Of a stretch of DNA of 64,000 nucleotides, positions 28,701 to 41,600 are shown piece by piece. The notes below the pieces were generated by a model that saw only the letters and a list, made by a program, of their open reading frames with translations, did not search any database and was not told the DNA's origin. Within the stretch, counting starts at the first letter, position 1; the number at the start of each line of letters is the position of its first letter. The position numbers were made by a program, and so were the translations under genes. Source of the stretch: Tubiluchus corallicola (taxonomy: Eukaryota; Animalia; Priapulida); assembly GCA_030141605.1 (NCBI GenBank), contig JAQGDQ010000006.1, positions 682,001 through 746,000 of the forward strand, given 5' to 3'.

Positions 28701-31700
28701 TAGTCAACAAATGATAATTTAGACATTTGAAATCGCTATACATTAGTAGAAAGAATAATAAAATCCATCCAAGCAAACTGCAGGAAGCTAGTGAAAACTT
28801 GAAAGAATGAAGTCCTGCCAATTTTGTATTCGCGCAGCTGCAATCTGCCACAACCGCCACACTCCAAAGCAAACTCACAACAGAATTACGAGTTCGAGAC
28901 TCAAGCTGGTTGCACCCAATTTAACTGGTGGCATCTTTTGAGCAATATGACTAACTGAATAGCTTGTTTTTACAATACAAAGTGCACCATGAGAGAAAAG
29001 GTAACCTGTAATGGACTACAGAACATGCTATTAGTATGTCAAGTTAAGAGTTTGTATATGGCTGCTGCATGCATATGCTCCACAACTAAAATTATGTGAA
29101 CCCATCGTTCACTGCCAGGTTACACCATAATTTTTGAAACTGATCTAAACTTGATATTTTGTGTTTGAATGAAAGCAAGACTGAGGACCAATGAACTGTA
29201 TAGGTAAATATTATTTTTTTTTTGGAAACAGACTGTGCAGCAATTTCTTTGATAAAAACTTTATCAAGATATTTTTGATGGTAAGTCAATTAAATACATT
29301 GATAATCTGCTAGGAATTAAAAAAAACTTTTCATAGTATTAACTTCTGAAATTTCTGATCATGTTGCATGATGAAAGCTTTTTGCATGTCATCAACATAT
29401 CAGAAATTTCATAAAGAAGTTACTAATGTAAAAGATTTTTAATCTATGGCAACAATTTTTAGTATTTTATATTTTAACATTTTTAGTGAGAGTTGTTTCT
29501 TTCAATAGTGCCTATAAAAACTGAGAAGACAAAAAGTGGTTATAATGAGACAGAAAGTCCTTACAACGACAAACCAAAGTCGTTAAAACAAGAAAAAATG
29601 CCTCATATAGTCTAAAAGGTTACTCAAAGTCTTTTGAAGAAAGTGGTGAAACTGCATGTGACTTAATTTTAGGTACAACAAATGCTTGTTGGTGCATAAA
29701 TGTCTTGTGGCTAAGTGTTCTCCTGCTCAATACCCAATGTCCTCACGCCCAAGTGTCCCATGCGAGGCCCTCCCCCCATGTCCAAATGTCACATCAATGG
29801 TTGAAGTGGTTGCAGAATGCAAGTAACATGCTTAGCAGAACTTGACTGCTGGAAAGTCAGACAAGAAACTAAAGCATCATTGTACTATTAAATTAATGAA
29901 CAACAAAATTAAATTACCAAAGCAAAAATATTGCAATTTACGCAAAAAGGGCACCTGCCAGACATTAAAAAATGCTAGGAATGCTTAATTTGTGGCTGTG
30001 GGCAAGTTTTCGCTAAAACAAATAGTTTTTGAAACTCACCGGCAATATCGTCAACAATTTCAGTGTACGCTCTGCGTGCAACATCCAGCAAACCTGCAAC
30101 ACAAAAGCAATGCACAAAAAGAGACCTTAACAAATCCTAATTATTATCGTATATGAAAAATGTATTCACTTATGATTTGCCTCGCAACCACATGTACAAA
30201 TTCATACAGTAAATATTACATGTTTTCATTAATACACATAAAAAATGCACTGCAGTCTCCTCAGAGTATGCCAATATATAATCACTACCAATTCTGAGAA
30301 TCAGTAAATCAGTATTAAAATTACTGATAAATGTCATCATGCAATAAAATGGTTTCACATCATTCAGACATTCAGTTCAATTCTCTCTACTGTAAGAAAT
30401 ACAGTTAGCAGATAATCAAACATGTTATAAAAGAAGAAAGGCCCCAAGCCAGACTGGCCTGGCACTGGAACAGACAGACACATCATCTAGTTTCATAATC
30501 AGCCCGCAGGGAGAACAGGTGGCTAGCCCATCAGCACTCAGCCAACTTTCCTTTCCCAGCACATGCCTAGGCCCTCAATTAAGGTCAAGTAGACCTAGAA
30601 AACTGGCCAGAAAGTCCTGTACGAGTGGAGTATGGCTTGATGTCATAGACAATATTATAATAAATTCTAATGAATTCAGCACAAGGCGACCTATATAAAG
30701 TAAATGATTTTAGCGAGACGAAAATCTTGCCTTATCAATGATAATGCTCTGAGACAACACAAATCTGACAGATTGTGGCTCAGCCACATTTTGATATACA
30801 TGTATTCTTTTTCCAAGCTAAGGGCAACAAGGCAGATAAAACTACGCAGCAACACTTTCCCTGACAGTCACCTAACAATTTGTGAAGCTAAGAATTATTT
30901 AATTTAATTTACAAAGCACATAAACAAAAACTGCAGATACTAATCCTTATAAAAGAAAAATACTAGTTGTGAGTCAAAAACATTCAGCATTGTTAACTAA
31001 AATTTCAGTGACTCTATCGAACCTTACTTTAAATATTAATATACTAACCGTTGATTTTAGGTTTAATTGCAAAACATTTCTGTGTTCGCATGCTTAAAAT
31101 GCCCTTTTGGTAGTGAGTATCATCATGCACGACTGTTTGTATCTGGCGCAGCATTCTCTCAAATCTGGGATCGTCAAGTGACTGAAAAAAGTAAATTTGA
31201 AAACAAAGTCCACCAAAAGAGAAACACGAAGACAGAAACAGTATTACAAGACATTGGTATGAACATTTTTTACAACACTTATTTATGTTTAGTTATAGTA
31301 CAGTAGACGCCACTTAATAGACCCACTTTGGGACTGAACTGTTTTGGCCCAAATAACCAACTGAATCAATTAATCGACAGATGTAGTATTACTAGTATAG
31401 AAGTATGAAACATCAGCTTATATTGCACCGCAAAGGCTTTTAATGAATTTTAGAAATGAAGTAATGTCTAAATTCCCATGCAGTTATTTAAAAACACTGA
31501 TTTATAAAGTAATTAATAAAAACGAAAATGAAGTTTACTTTCTAAGTCACACAAGTCTGTTCATTTACAAACTTTGAAAAAATTCGTTCAAGGTCAGCTG
31601 CTTCATTTTTCTGCAACAGAAGTTGGGTCACAAAGTTCTCATAATGATAAAAATGTTGAAAATCTGTTGCCGTATGGTGCACAAATTCTCAAAAGATATT

Positions 31701-34700
31701 TAGTGGTGGTGCCCGTGTTTACCCGCACATAGTTTCTTCGTCGGCGTTCTTTGCAGGTTTGTTTAAGCTCCCACTTGCTATCGTGATGATTTAATCCTCG
31801 GTTAACTGCAAGGTGACCTGTATAGCTGAATTAATTTAACCCTGGTCTGAAACTCGTCGTTGCTCATATCAGATGGTGCATTTAGACTTGTCTCTTGCAA
31901 AGTGTGAATTATGTGGTCAGTTTTATTCACATGAGTGAATCTACCGTGAGTGAAGCAGTTCTGAATCATGTGTTGAGTGACATTACTCCAAGACATAGCC
32001 AATAACCTGGTTTTTTTAGCCAGGTCATTTGCACTTAACTGAGAAGCTGCATCATCAGAATCCATCACTTCTAAAACACTCTTCTGCACTTCTTTTCTGT
32101 AGCCTTTAGAGTTCGAATAATGCCTTGATCACATAGCTGAATGAGCGATGTAGTGTTCGTTGGTAAAAACACAACCTTAATGTGTTTTAATGGTGCATTG
32201 TCTACATGGACAGTGCAGATGTCTACCACCAAAATTACGTTTTGCTTTAAGTTCACATCCCATTTCACTAACCATTCGTTAAATAACACAGCTGTTATCC
32301 TTGCATTTAAGTGTGAACGGTAATCTACCCGCAACTTTACAAGACTTTACTGTGTTGTACACAACTTTACAACATCCCTGACATAACAGCAACAGTTAAC
32401 TGATTAAATGTTCTGTGAATTGTGAAAGGCAGCGAATTTCAAAAGCAAACCACTAGCAAGTGACTAAATGTTTGGCTTCCAGAAATTCTTGGGTAAAGAA
32501 CTTAATTGCAGTGGGTGCGCAGGTCAAAGCAAAACCGCTGGGCTAGCATATTAAAACATGATAAACAAACATACTTACAAAAAAAACAATACTTAACATG
32601 ATTGTTTCTACATATATTGTACAGAGTGTACACAAAAGTGTTTCATTGAAGCACATGAAGCAAAAATATTAAGTCATTTATTTGAGTCTATTATCAGCAG
32701 TTTTTCTATACATTTGAATAGAAGCAGCCTGTACCAGACATTTTTGAGTCAATTAAGTGACTGATTCTATTAACCGTGAGTCTACTAAATGGCATTCACT
32801 GTATTACTTATCTACACGACTAACAATAAATATAAGTCCTTTAAAAACCCTTGAGTATATTTCAATTAACAGCCAATATATTTGCTTAAATTTTTTTGTG
32901 AGGTAGGTTCTCTGCTTTCAGACCGGTAGACATCAAACTATGAAGCATACTCTGACAACATGATTAATTTATTTATAGATAGACATCTGACTTCAGAACT
33001 TACATTATAACTAGCCTTGAGCAAAGCAGATTCTGAATCCCCTAGAGATGTATGCAGGGGTCCTACTAGCTCTAGTGTGTGCTTCATGTAAATAAGACAG
33101 GTTATTTTATTCTCAGCTGTCTTTACTGTCTCTTGCTTTGGAATTTGTACACAGTATGTTACTAAATGATCAATATCCAAAAATCTGCAAAATAATCAGC
33201 ATTAGTATATAAAAAGTACGAATGTTCTGTTTTTTACTAATCAAAAAAGTAAGACAAAGACCGGATAACACAACAAACCGCCACTAGTTTTGTGGTTGGT
33301 CTATTTGTTTTTGGCTTATAGTTGTGTTAAACGAATGACAGATGGATAAAATAGAATGGACACTTCTTATTTCATGACTACCTTTTTTGGAACAATTGGC
33401 TGTTCTAAATTCCACAGGAGGTTCCTTTGAAATAAGCAATTTCAAAGGAACAATAACAAGTTAACTATTTCAGGTATTTGTAACTATTACTGTAATAATA
33501 GTTGGTAAATCAACTCTTAGTTAAGATTCAAATCAATTCTGTGTAGCAATATTCTGATTTTGTACCTCTCGATTATGGACTGCAGATTATAATACATCTC
33601 TTCTTTTTCTTTCAGTTCTTGTACACATTCTAGTCTGTCTTCAATTGTCTTTTGTACACAAGGCGGTTGCAACAAGTTCATCCGAAGGAGTCTGGCTCCA
33701 CCCGCAGTTTTTGGTTTCTTGAAAATACCATAAAGGGAATGGTCTGATTTTGGATCTAAAAGATTCGAAACCAATTCCAAATTTGTTGTCGTTGTTGAAT
33801 CTGTAATGAGTTATAGATTAATGATTTTAAAAAAATTAACTTGTTTACTAATAAATTTAGCACACTAGCAGAAAATGCATACAGCTTTGCTAGTTTGCAA
33901 TGGAACAAAACTTTAATAATGTTTAAAACTCGCTGCTTAACCGTCAGTGTTGTCTGGTGAAACAGTAATTAGTGGTAACAAAGTAAAAGTTATGTAGTAT
34001 TACTATTACATTAATTTCAAAAAGTAATAAAAGAAACAACATAAAATGTTTGTCAGCTATCAAATAGTATACAAATATATACTACCTATCATTGTTGTGT
34101 CCTCACTTCCTTTAAACACTATTTTTAGTGATGCTGGAGCATAAACTACATTTTGTATGAACTCCACATACTTTAGTAAAGCTGCCACAGTTGCAAGACA
34201 ATAATACCTTAACAGTAAATATCAATAAATTAGAATTAAATTTATTCAGCGACCATTACAACTACAGTTTCTGAAAAATACAAATCACGGTAAATCAAAG
34301 CAGTGCGTATACAAACTTTTTAGTACTTGTTAGCAATGCGAATCAGTGTCAATGAAGTTACAAATTAATCAAAATGTATGTAATTCATGTGCTCTACACC
34401 AATATTAAATGCAAAGTTTACCAGTTGCCATATTGCAGTTTAACAAATTAACAAAATTTACAGGAAAAATCAACTTCACGGGTTACAAGAAACTCACTTT
34501 TGTACAACTTGTGAACACACTGAACTATATTCTGCCAAGCATAGATGTTGTATATACTGTAATCCTCTTGCTTCATTAAAATACTTGCGATTTACAGTCG
34601 AGATGGTTGTATTGGGAAAATTCTCATTAATCAGTTTAAACAGCTTTGTCGAGTTTCCATTTTCACACACTGTACTAGGCATAACAATCTAGAACAAATT

Positions 34701-37351
34701 AAAAATCCACTTCATGTCATTCGTTATAAACAAGGTAAACAGCTAATTATGATTGAACATTTTTGATTACAGTTCTGATGTTTCAGTTCTGTTGCTATTA
34801 TGGAAATTCAGCTTATGTTTGGCTCAAAAATTAAATTAATCTTAATCATCATGCCATATCAACTGCAAAATAAGAAACAACAAATAAAGTGAGATGAGTA
34901 TTTGCCAAATCATCCTTTAAAATGTTACAAATTATTGCCATTTCTGAGTTTCTTGAAATTTATGATAATATATATACAGAATGATGCAATAAGGGGTGAT
35001 TCGACTGGCAATCTTATATGTAACTTATAATGAATTTACTCTATTGCTTGATTTCTTTAATTTGATTACCTCTAATGGCTGCAGTATGAAAAGCTTTGTT
35101 ATTACGTTTGTATAGGTTTGACTATCTGAAAACTGAGAAAGAATTAGTTCTGGATTTCGAAGATCAAGGCTAACCATGCCTATCTCACCCCTGGCATATC
35201 CACGTCCTTCGACGAGTGCTGAAATAATAATTACAGCTACTGCTACCAAAGGGCAAGCAAAATATGATAACAGTAGCAATTAATTCAAGTAATATGTTCA
35301 ATACTTTGAGATTGCTTAAAAACACAGAGTACTTTAATTCATAATAAATTTATTATAATTACAGCAACTTGTACTTGAAATGCTAATGTAAAAGAAAAAT
35401 AATCAACATCTAACTGGTACACAATTTGCTCTTACCAATCGACTCCTGTATAATGACGAATAATTTTAACAATGGCAAACTTTTGCATTTTTTCTCACAG
35501 TGATCTGTCTTTTACTTTAACAACAATTTTTTGTCTTTATAGCTCAGCGCTGAGTTGGTATATTGGCGCTGCTTAACAAAGTTACTGCTAACCCAAATTA
35601 CTGTGAAAATATGCTTGCAATGCTGACAATATAGCTAGCTGTGAGATGTTGGGAATAGAAAAGACAGAGAAACTGTTTTTCACTGTGGGTGGATTCTCAT
35701 TCACTACTCTCACGCCACTTATACTAGTGAGCACTGTAAAAAAATTGTCTGCAACAAATTGTCTCAGACAAAATTTTCTCATACATGTGAACTTTTATAT
35801 GATGAGAACTGTGTTATAGGTGGCCTCAGTGAACACATATTAAATGATACGTTAAGAAAACAATTTGTTTAATGGTCTGATATGGCTTATCTAAAATAGA
35901 TTTTTGTTGCGAGCCTGCAAATGAAAAGTAATATTTTGTATGAGATAGAAAATTACGGATGTTTATTAAAAATTTGTGTGCGACAAAGGTGGCAAAACAG
36001 CTTTTATGGAGCCTACTGTCAAGCAAAAATCTGTCTTAGATAAATTGCAGCAGACAGATCTTGCATTGGGTACACTCTGTATTAGCTTATATTTTATTTA
36101 TTCTAAAGCCTTGACCTTATAGAATGGTGTTCAAACAATCAGAGGAGAAGGTTTTAAAAGAAAAAAAACTTGATTTTATTGATTCAAACAATATTTTTAT
36201 TGATTTTTGCATTATCAATCTCTACTTAAGTAATACATCTCTGTACTACTTTCACCTTATTCTCTTTAGAAAACATGGATTCAGCTATGAGCAACCATCA
36301 TTTAATATGGTTGTTTAAAGTCAAGATAAAAGTTGTCAGTCTTTGCTGATATCTGCTTGATTATCCTTTAACATTTGAAAACCACAACACAAGTTAACTC
36401 TGAGTGATCAGTGTCATGTATAGCCGAACTCCGAAGGGTTTTTGTATTTTTCTTCCCTTTATTCGGGTATGTCGCTCCATGCAAATTTTTTGCCTTAATA
36501 ATTGATAGTTTCTTAGTCACACGTATGCTGCCTTCTGATTGTGCGTACTTCTCAAGCTTAGTACTTATATTTTAAACTTACAAACAATTATGCTACAATC
36601 TGAAATAACTGATGCAGCACTAGTTGTAGTAGTGTAAGGTGTTCTTCTAGTTCGAATAGATCTCCTTGATCCTGGAGTTCGCGTGTTAGTGCTGCTCCGA
36701 GACAGACAGAAATCAGATGAAGATTTTCTTTTCACTGCATGACTGGAACTCCTGCAAAAAACTTTTGAATATTGATATGTATAACAAAAACAGTGTGTTG
36801 ATCACTTGCATAATTTTTTGAAGTGCAACTATATTACAGTTTCTCTTAATTCAGCAATATACTTTTAACAACTTACACAAGCAACTGTTCGGTTTAAAAA
36901 ATTGGTGATTATTTAATGCGAAAATATTCAAGTCAACAAAATGATTGATTTGGTCCAGAAAATAAAATATAGTACCCAACTGAGTTCAGTTCATGCAAGT
37001 TCTGAAATATTCGATTCGATAAATTCATGCTTTGTCACCACTGTAATAATTTTGCACAACAATTGATTTTGTTTTGATTCTTACCTTAAAAACTACATTT
37101 TGATCTTTATTAAGACTATCTTAACTAGTAGTAGAAGTTAATAATTATATGATCACAATAACTAACTTTGCAATAGGAGAACTGGTCGTTGTATGGCTAG
37201 CAGAACCGTAGCAGCATCTGTAGTTTCTGTACATCGACGAACAGCTGACATCAGGCATAGAAAGCAACCCTGTGCTTGAACTGTGATCAGCTGTTGTAGT
37301 TCTAGGTGTTGTCAACAATTCAAAGTCTATGAAAAGTGAGGGAAAAAGCAT
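16702..37351 (-). CDS. MSH4: MutS homolog 4 (meiotic MutS-gamma subunit), about 894 aa
   Basis: 21 phase-consistent exons, 2685 nt: 37351-37167, 36751-36582, 35218-35070, 34688-34498, 34207-34086, 33800-33566, 33184-33004, 31181-31049, 30093-30040, 28676-28489, 26860-26848, 26602-26557, 25320-25196, 24583-24489, 24110-24063, 23525-23358, 23085-23013, 22790-22655, 17926-17826, 17141-17053, 16884-16702. Motifs: [13 protein letters not shown], Walker [21 protein letters not shown], Walker [11 protein letters not shown], and C-terminal [19 protein letters not shown] typical of MSH4. The first exon and start codon are least certain. Confidence 0.95.
18500..20070 (+). mobile_element. Decayed Academ-like DNA transposon transposase inside an MSH4 intron
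   Basis: Stop- and frameshift-broken + strand translation gives [17 protein letters not shown]...[37 protein letters not shown] and [13 protein letters not shown], which resemble Academ transposase blocks. Possible termini TAGGGCTA (17945) and TAGACCTA (22062); no TSD confirmed and boundaries approximate. Confidence 0.65.
20490..20670 (-). repeat. GC-rich interspersed repeat / MITE fragment
   Basis: The minus strand begins CAGGGGTGGATCCCGGATTTTTAGAAAAGGGG and contains GGGGGGTTCTCCCCGGGAAAATTTTG, a pattern common in invertebrate non-autonomous DNA elements. Confidence 0.45.
23697..23786. repeat. Tandem repeat, 30 bp x 3
   Basis: TATTAACATTCGTCTAAAAGTGAACAACAC occurs three times, identically. 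Confidence 0.92.
25800..26320. repeat. Degenerate trinucleotide low-complexity tract
   Basis: Runs of GAT/AAT/GGT and then CAT/CAC triplets inside an MSH4 intron. Confidence 0.6.
27104..27522. mobile_element. Non-autonomous hAT-type MITE
   Basis: TIRs TAGTGTTGCTCCGG and CCGGAGCAAAACTA, with a perfect 8-bp TSD ATACAAGT (27096-27103 and 27523-27530) and subterminal CGGATA/CGAATA motifs. Confidence 0.88.
31301..32801 (-). mobile_element. Internally deleted Tigger/pogo (Tc1/mariner) transposon
   Basis: TA-flanked imperfect TIRs (CAGTAGACGCCACTTAATAGAC and GTCTACTAAATGGCATTCACTG). Frameshifted DDE_1 fragments at 32334-31802 include [34 protein letters not shown] and [14 protein letters not shown]. 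Confidence 0.88.
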
Positions 37352-38619
37352 TTGTCAACTGAACTTGTAAATTAACAAAAATGGCTACTACAACTACTAT
37401 GAAAATTTATTATATGTTTATAATAAATTTAATTGGGCCTACAAGATACATAAAAATCTAATATTACAACTCCATAAAAAGTTATTAATATCATGATACA
37501 ACCAGAGTTTTTAGCCTTATGCCCATATTTTCTTAAAACTGAAGTAACTGCCCTAATTTTTACCACTTAATTACAAAAAAATATACAAGGCAATTAGTTT
37601 TTCACTCACTGTATTTTCCAGTTGCTTTTTCCATTTCTAAACACAGCTCAGTTTTCACTAATCCACTTCGTATTATTAAAGTTCTTTAAATAATGAACAT
37701 GTTGCAATCAGTGTGTGTTGATGCATGTTTAAGTACTTAAAATCACCTGAAACAGTCTACAACAGTAATTCTACCTAAAATAGATAATACATATCATATT
37801 TAAAATATCACAACCACATTTTCTTTCACTATTATGACTAATTATACATGTACAGTAATTAAACCCTAAATAAAAATAATTTTATTGTTAATCAGAGGTC
37901 AACAAAATCATAATTTGTGATATTAACCAGTATTTGTTAGTAACTTTCAGTTAGTTAATTAACTAATAAATTAAATCGGATGTGTTGTCAAGGTACTGAT
38001 GATTTTCTACCACAGTTAACTTTGGTAAGAGAATTGCAATTAGCAAAGAGCTAACATGAACATTCTGCTTAGAAGGCGAGTGCAGAAATAGGCATAATTG
38101 GTCAGTTCGTTGTGGCTTGGTCAACTCGTTTCACTCCTGTCAATACAATAGCGCAAAATAAAATTATACTAGTGTGTATGATATTTGTCGCAAATTAACA
38201 CGCTTATTAGACAGATGAAATTTCATACATGTATGCCAAATTGCCGCTGTGCTTCACGTGATCCGACTCCGAGCCTCTGCTTCAATAATTTAATTCAGTG
38301 ATTTCTTGTAACTCTTAAATAAAAAATAATAATGCAAATTTACAAAATACATCCTGCGGTATTTTTAATTTTGTTATTAGTTCGCCTTTTAAATTAATTT
38401 ATACAAAGCAGAAATAAAATAAAGCGACCTGTTTTAATTGATTGTTTTGTCAAAAGCGACCACGCCACGTATGTTGGCGACTTTTTGGCGTTTTCGTGTA
38501 TTTCTATTCAGAACTGAACTTATAACTTAATTCGGACTTGTGCTAAAACTAAGAACCGCTTGCAGTGGGACTTGAGCTAAAGCTAAATACAGTTTGCAGA
38601 AATAATCTGTTGTAACGAA

Positions 38620-41600
38620 ATGGGAGGTGCGCAAAGCAGTACCGTTCCGGGAGGTGGAAGTGAAGGCTATCATGTTTTGCGAGTAGGTTAAAGTCACTCG
38701 GTTACTGTACTCCTTGTATGGTCTTTACCGCAGAGCCCCGTGAACGCCATTAGTCACCATGAAGGATTTAGAATCTAAAACACCCGAACTATAGATCTTG
38801 CACGAATAAAGGGTTTTGTACCCAAAAATTTTTTGGTGTAATGTTTGAGAGATCTGTTTTCTACCCTGGGTGCGAGAAATGCTGACAAGACTTGAAATAG
38901 CCATGAAAGTTAACCAAGTTTGTCACTTGTAACTAAAAAAACCACGATAATGCTAAGGTTTACCTTGCCCTTCGAAAAATTTTCCTGCCACCCATCTATT
39001 TTTACGATAATTTTGGTCATTAACACACTCACCTTACTTTATTCAAATAATTAGAAATAATGAGCTGTGTTTATCAATTCGATAACTGACAATTCAAAAA
39101 TTTTTTGACAAAAATTTTAGATTCGTCAAAACAGCGTGGAATGTGTCGATTCGTCATCGCAACTGCGCTTTTCTATATAAAACTGCCGGGTTAAAACTGT
39201 TGTTTTTGCAACTATGCATATCACGAGGTGCTGACTAAGTCACCAATACCAGGCAATAGAATTTTGCATTCCACTGATCATAGACTGTAGCCGCAAATCA
39301 CTAAAGTCAAAGGTTAAACCGAGGATACCAAGCGCTGAGCTCAGTGAACTAATAGTCAGCAACTTAACCCTTTAGGTGACAAACAAGTTACTAAGCTGTC
39401 ATTCATTCAACAATAAACACAGTAGGACCTAGGCTGAAGACCTGTAGTCCATACTGCATAGTATATAAAACAACTAAAAAGAGAGCTTAATCTTTGATCA
39501 ATACCAGCTTAAAAACATACCTTATAATTTCTGTATACCGCAGTAAAAACCTAAGCCATTGATATTTGCACAGTGTTTAGAACAATAGATTTACTTTGAA
39601 AGTTTAAATATATTGTAAGCGTCACTCGTAGAATTTTTGAGAAGTTATTGCCTGTCTGCAATACTGCCCTACGAAAAATGCTGACTATTTGTAATTATCG
39701 ACAATTGTTGACTCGATATGACGCAACTACCATCGATTCATTTACACAGCACAGAGCCTTCCTCAGCAAAAATCAATAAGCATTAACCTAGTCTACTTGT
39801 CTTTTCGATAAATTACCTAAAGTTGTTCTTTCTTTTTATAAGATTACTTGAAAAAAATATAATATTTTTTACCACAGCATTTTCTTTGCTATTAAATATT
39901 TCTTAGTTAGTTTCTGCAGCTGCATGTAGGCAGATGATAATGTGATATAGTTTTGATGTCAAATACTCTAAGTAAAAATGCAAATGAACTGGAGTATTCA
40001 TATAACCACTGTTATTTCATGATAATTGTCGATTTGTTGTTATTACGAAATTTTTGATTCTTGTAATTGAGCCTATGTATACAATGTCTAGTGTCTAATA
40101 GCGACTACACAAAATAATACATTTTTTGCAGTGAAAGTTTCTAAGTACAAACTATAGCTTTATATTACTTCAAAACAACATTAAAGCCAATGAATGCTGG
40201 TAGCTAAAATTTGGCTAGGTACTTTCAAAACCGAATTTATTTTGTTACTATGAGATTATTAATTTGTTGTAGGTTCAAGAAAACTCCCCCGGCTACTATG
40301 CAGGACTGGAAGCATTCTTTGACTTTATAGTTGCCATTGGAGAGACACGTTTGGTAATTAATAAATTAAATGTTTTTACTTTGAAATATTTTGACTGTTT
40401 TCTACAGAAATTAGTTGAGGTTCACCCTAAGCTGAAAAGCTTCATATATACAAGTAATGTTGTCGACTCTGTTCTTCACTTTCCATCCAGGATTACATTT
40501 CTTTTCACTCAGTTTATTTGGTATTATTTTTTTGACTATCAAATTCTTTTCATCAAATATGCAAGATGCCCACAGCACGATTCACTTGGTGGAAATTGGC
40601 AGGTGATAAGAATTATTTAAATTTCTTTTGCATTTTTAAGCATTCACTGAATGTTGTTCAAGGTTTCCTTTACCTTTACTAAAATTTAGTGTAGAGCTAA
40701 TGCTACAGGTATTGTGCAGTGCCAAGGGCTTCCTGTATAATATGGTGAAATTTATCATGCAATACACAATTTTACTTGAGAGTGATGGTAAAAACAGCTT
40801 AACTTATATAATAAACTGTATCATTAATCATAAGTGTTCAAAATTAGTTTGCAAAATTGTGCTGTTTTTTTTTTATTTAGCTGGCACAGTATTGTTTGCT
40901 TAAGCTTTCACATTGAAAGTGGAATTACTGACTAGGACCCTATAACTGAGCAGTTCTCACTGTGAATGAAGTGCCTAGCTATAGCGCAACAAGAATATTG
41001 TTATTGTATTTTAACTGCCCGGAAGCTGATTTTCTTATATGTATATTTAAGCACTGCTTTTGCCATTCAATTGTACAATGAAGCAAAGTGCCTTTGATTA
41101 TGCTATGGCCAATATCCCGATTTTTAATGTTTATTGTCAGTAGAAATTTAATTTATGAATCATTTGTGTAGATGAGACATTTTGCCAAAGAATCCTTACC
41201 TTTCAGGACAAAGACAATGACACACTAAAAGAGTTGCTGAAGCAAAATGTTGAGCGGCCCATTGAGATGACAGTGTACAGCAGTAAGACGCAGGAGTGTC
41301 GAAAAGTCACCATTACACCAAGCACCATGTGGGGTGGTCAAGGGCTGTTAGGAGTTAGCATACGATTCTGTTCTTTTGAGGGAGCTAGTGAGAATGTTTG
41401 GCACATCTTGGTAAATATTTGAAATCAGATTGTTTGTGTACGTTTACGAATGGCTACTTGTACTAAACTTGATATCTTAAATACGTAATAAATAAATGCT
41501 GGATATGGCAAAATAGTATTCAAAGCTTTTTATAGTTGACTTGTACAAGACAAACTTCAGCTGTAGTATAAAATGATAGCTAAAATGTTTTATTTTGAAA

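Noticed and set aside
35798-35883. C/D-box-like segment with a short terminal stem
   Set aside because: It is antisense to the MSH4 host transcript and has no recognisable rRNA or snRNA complementarity.
41192-41206. TCCTTACC before a GORASP acceptor, like a U12 branch point
   Set aside because: The matching donor is GTAATT, not the U12 consensus RTATCCTT.
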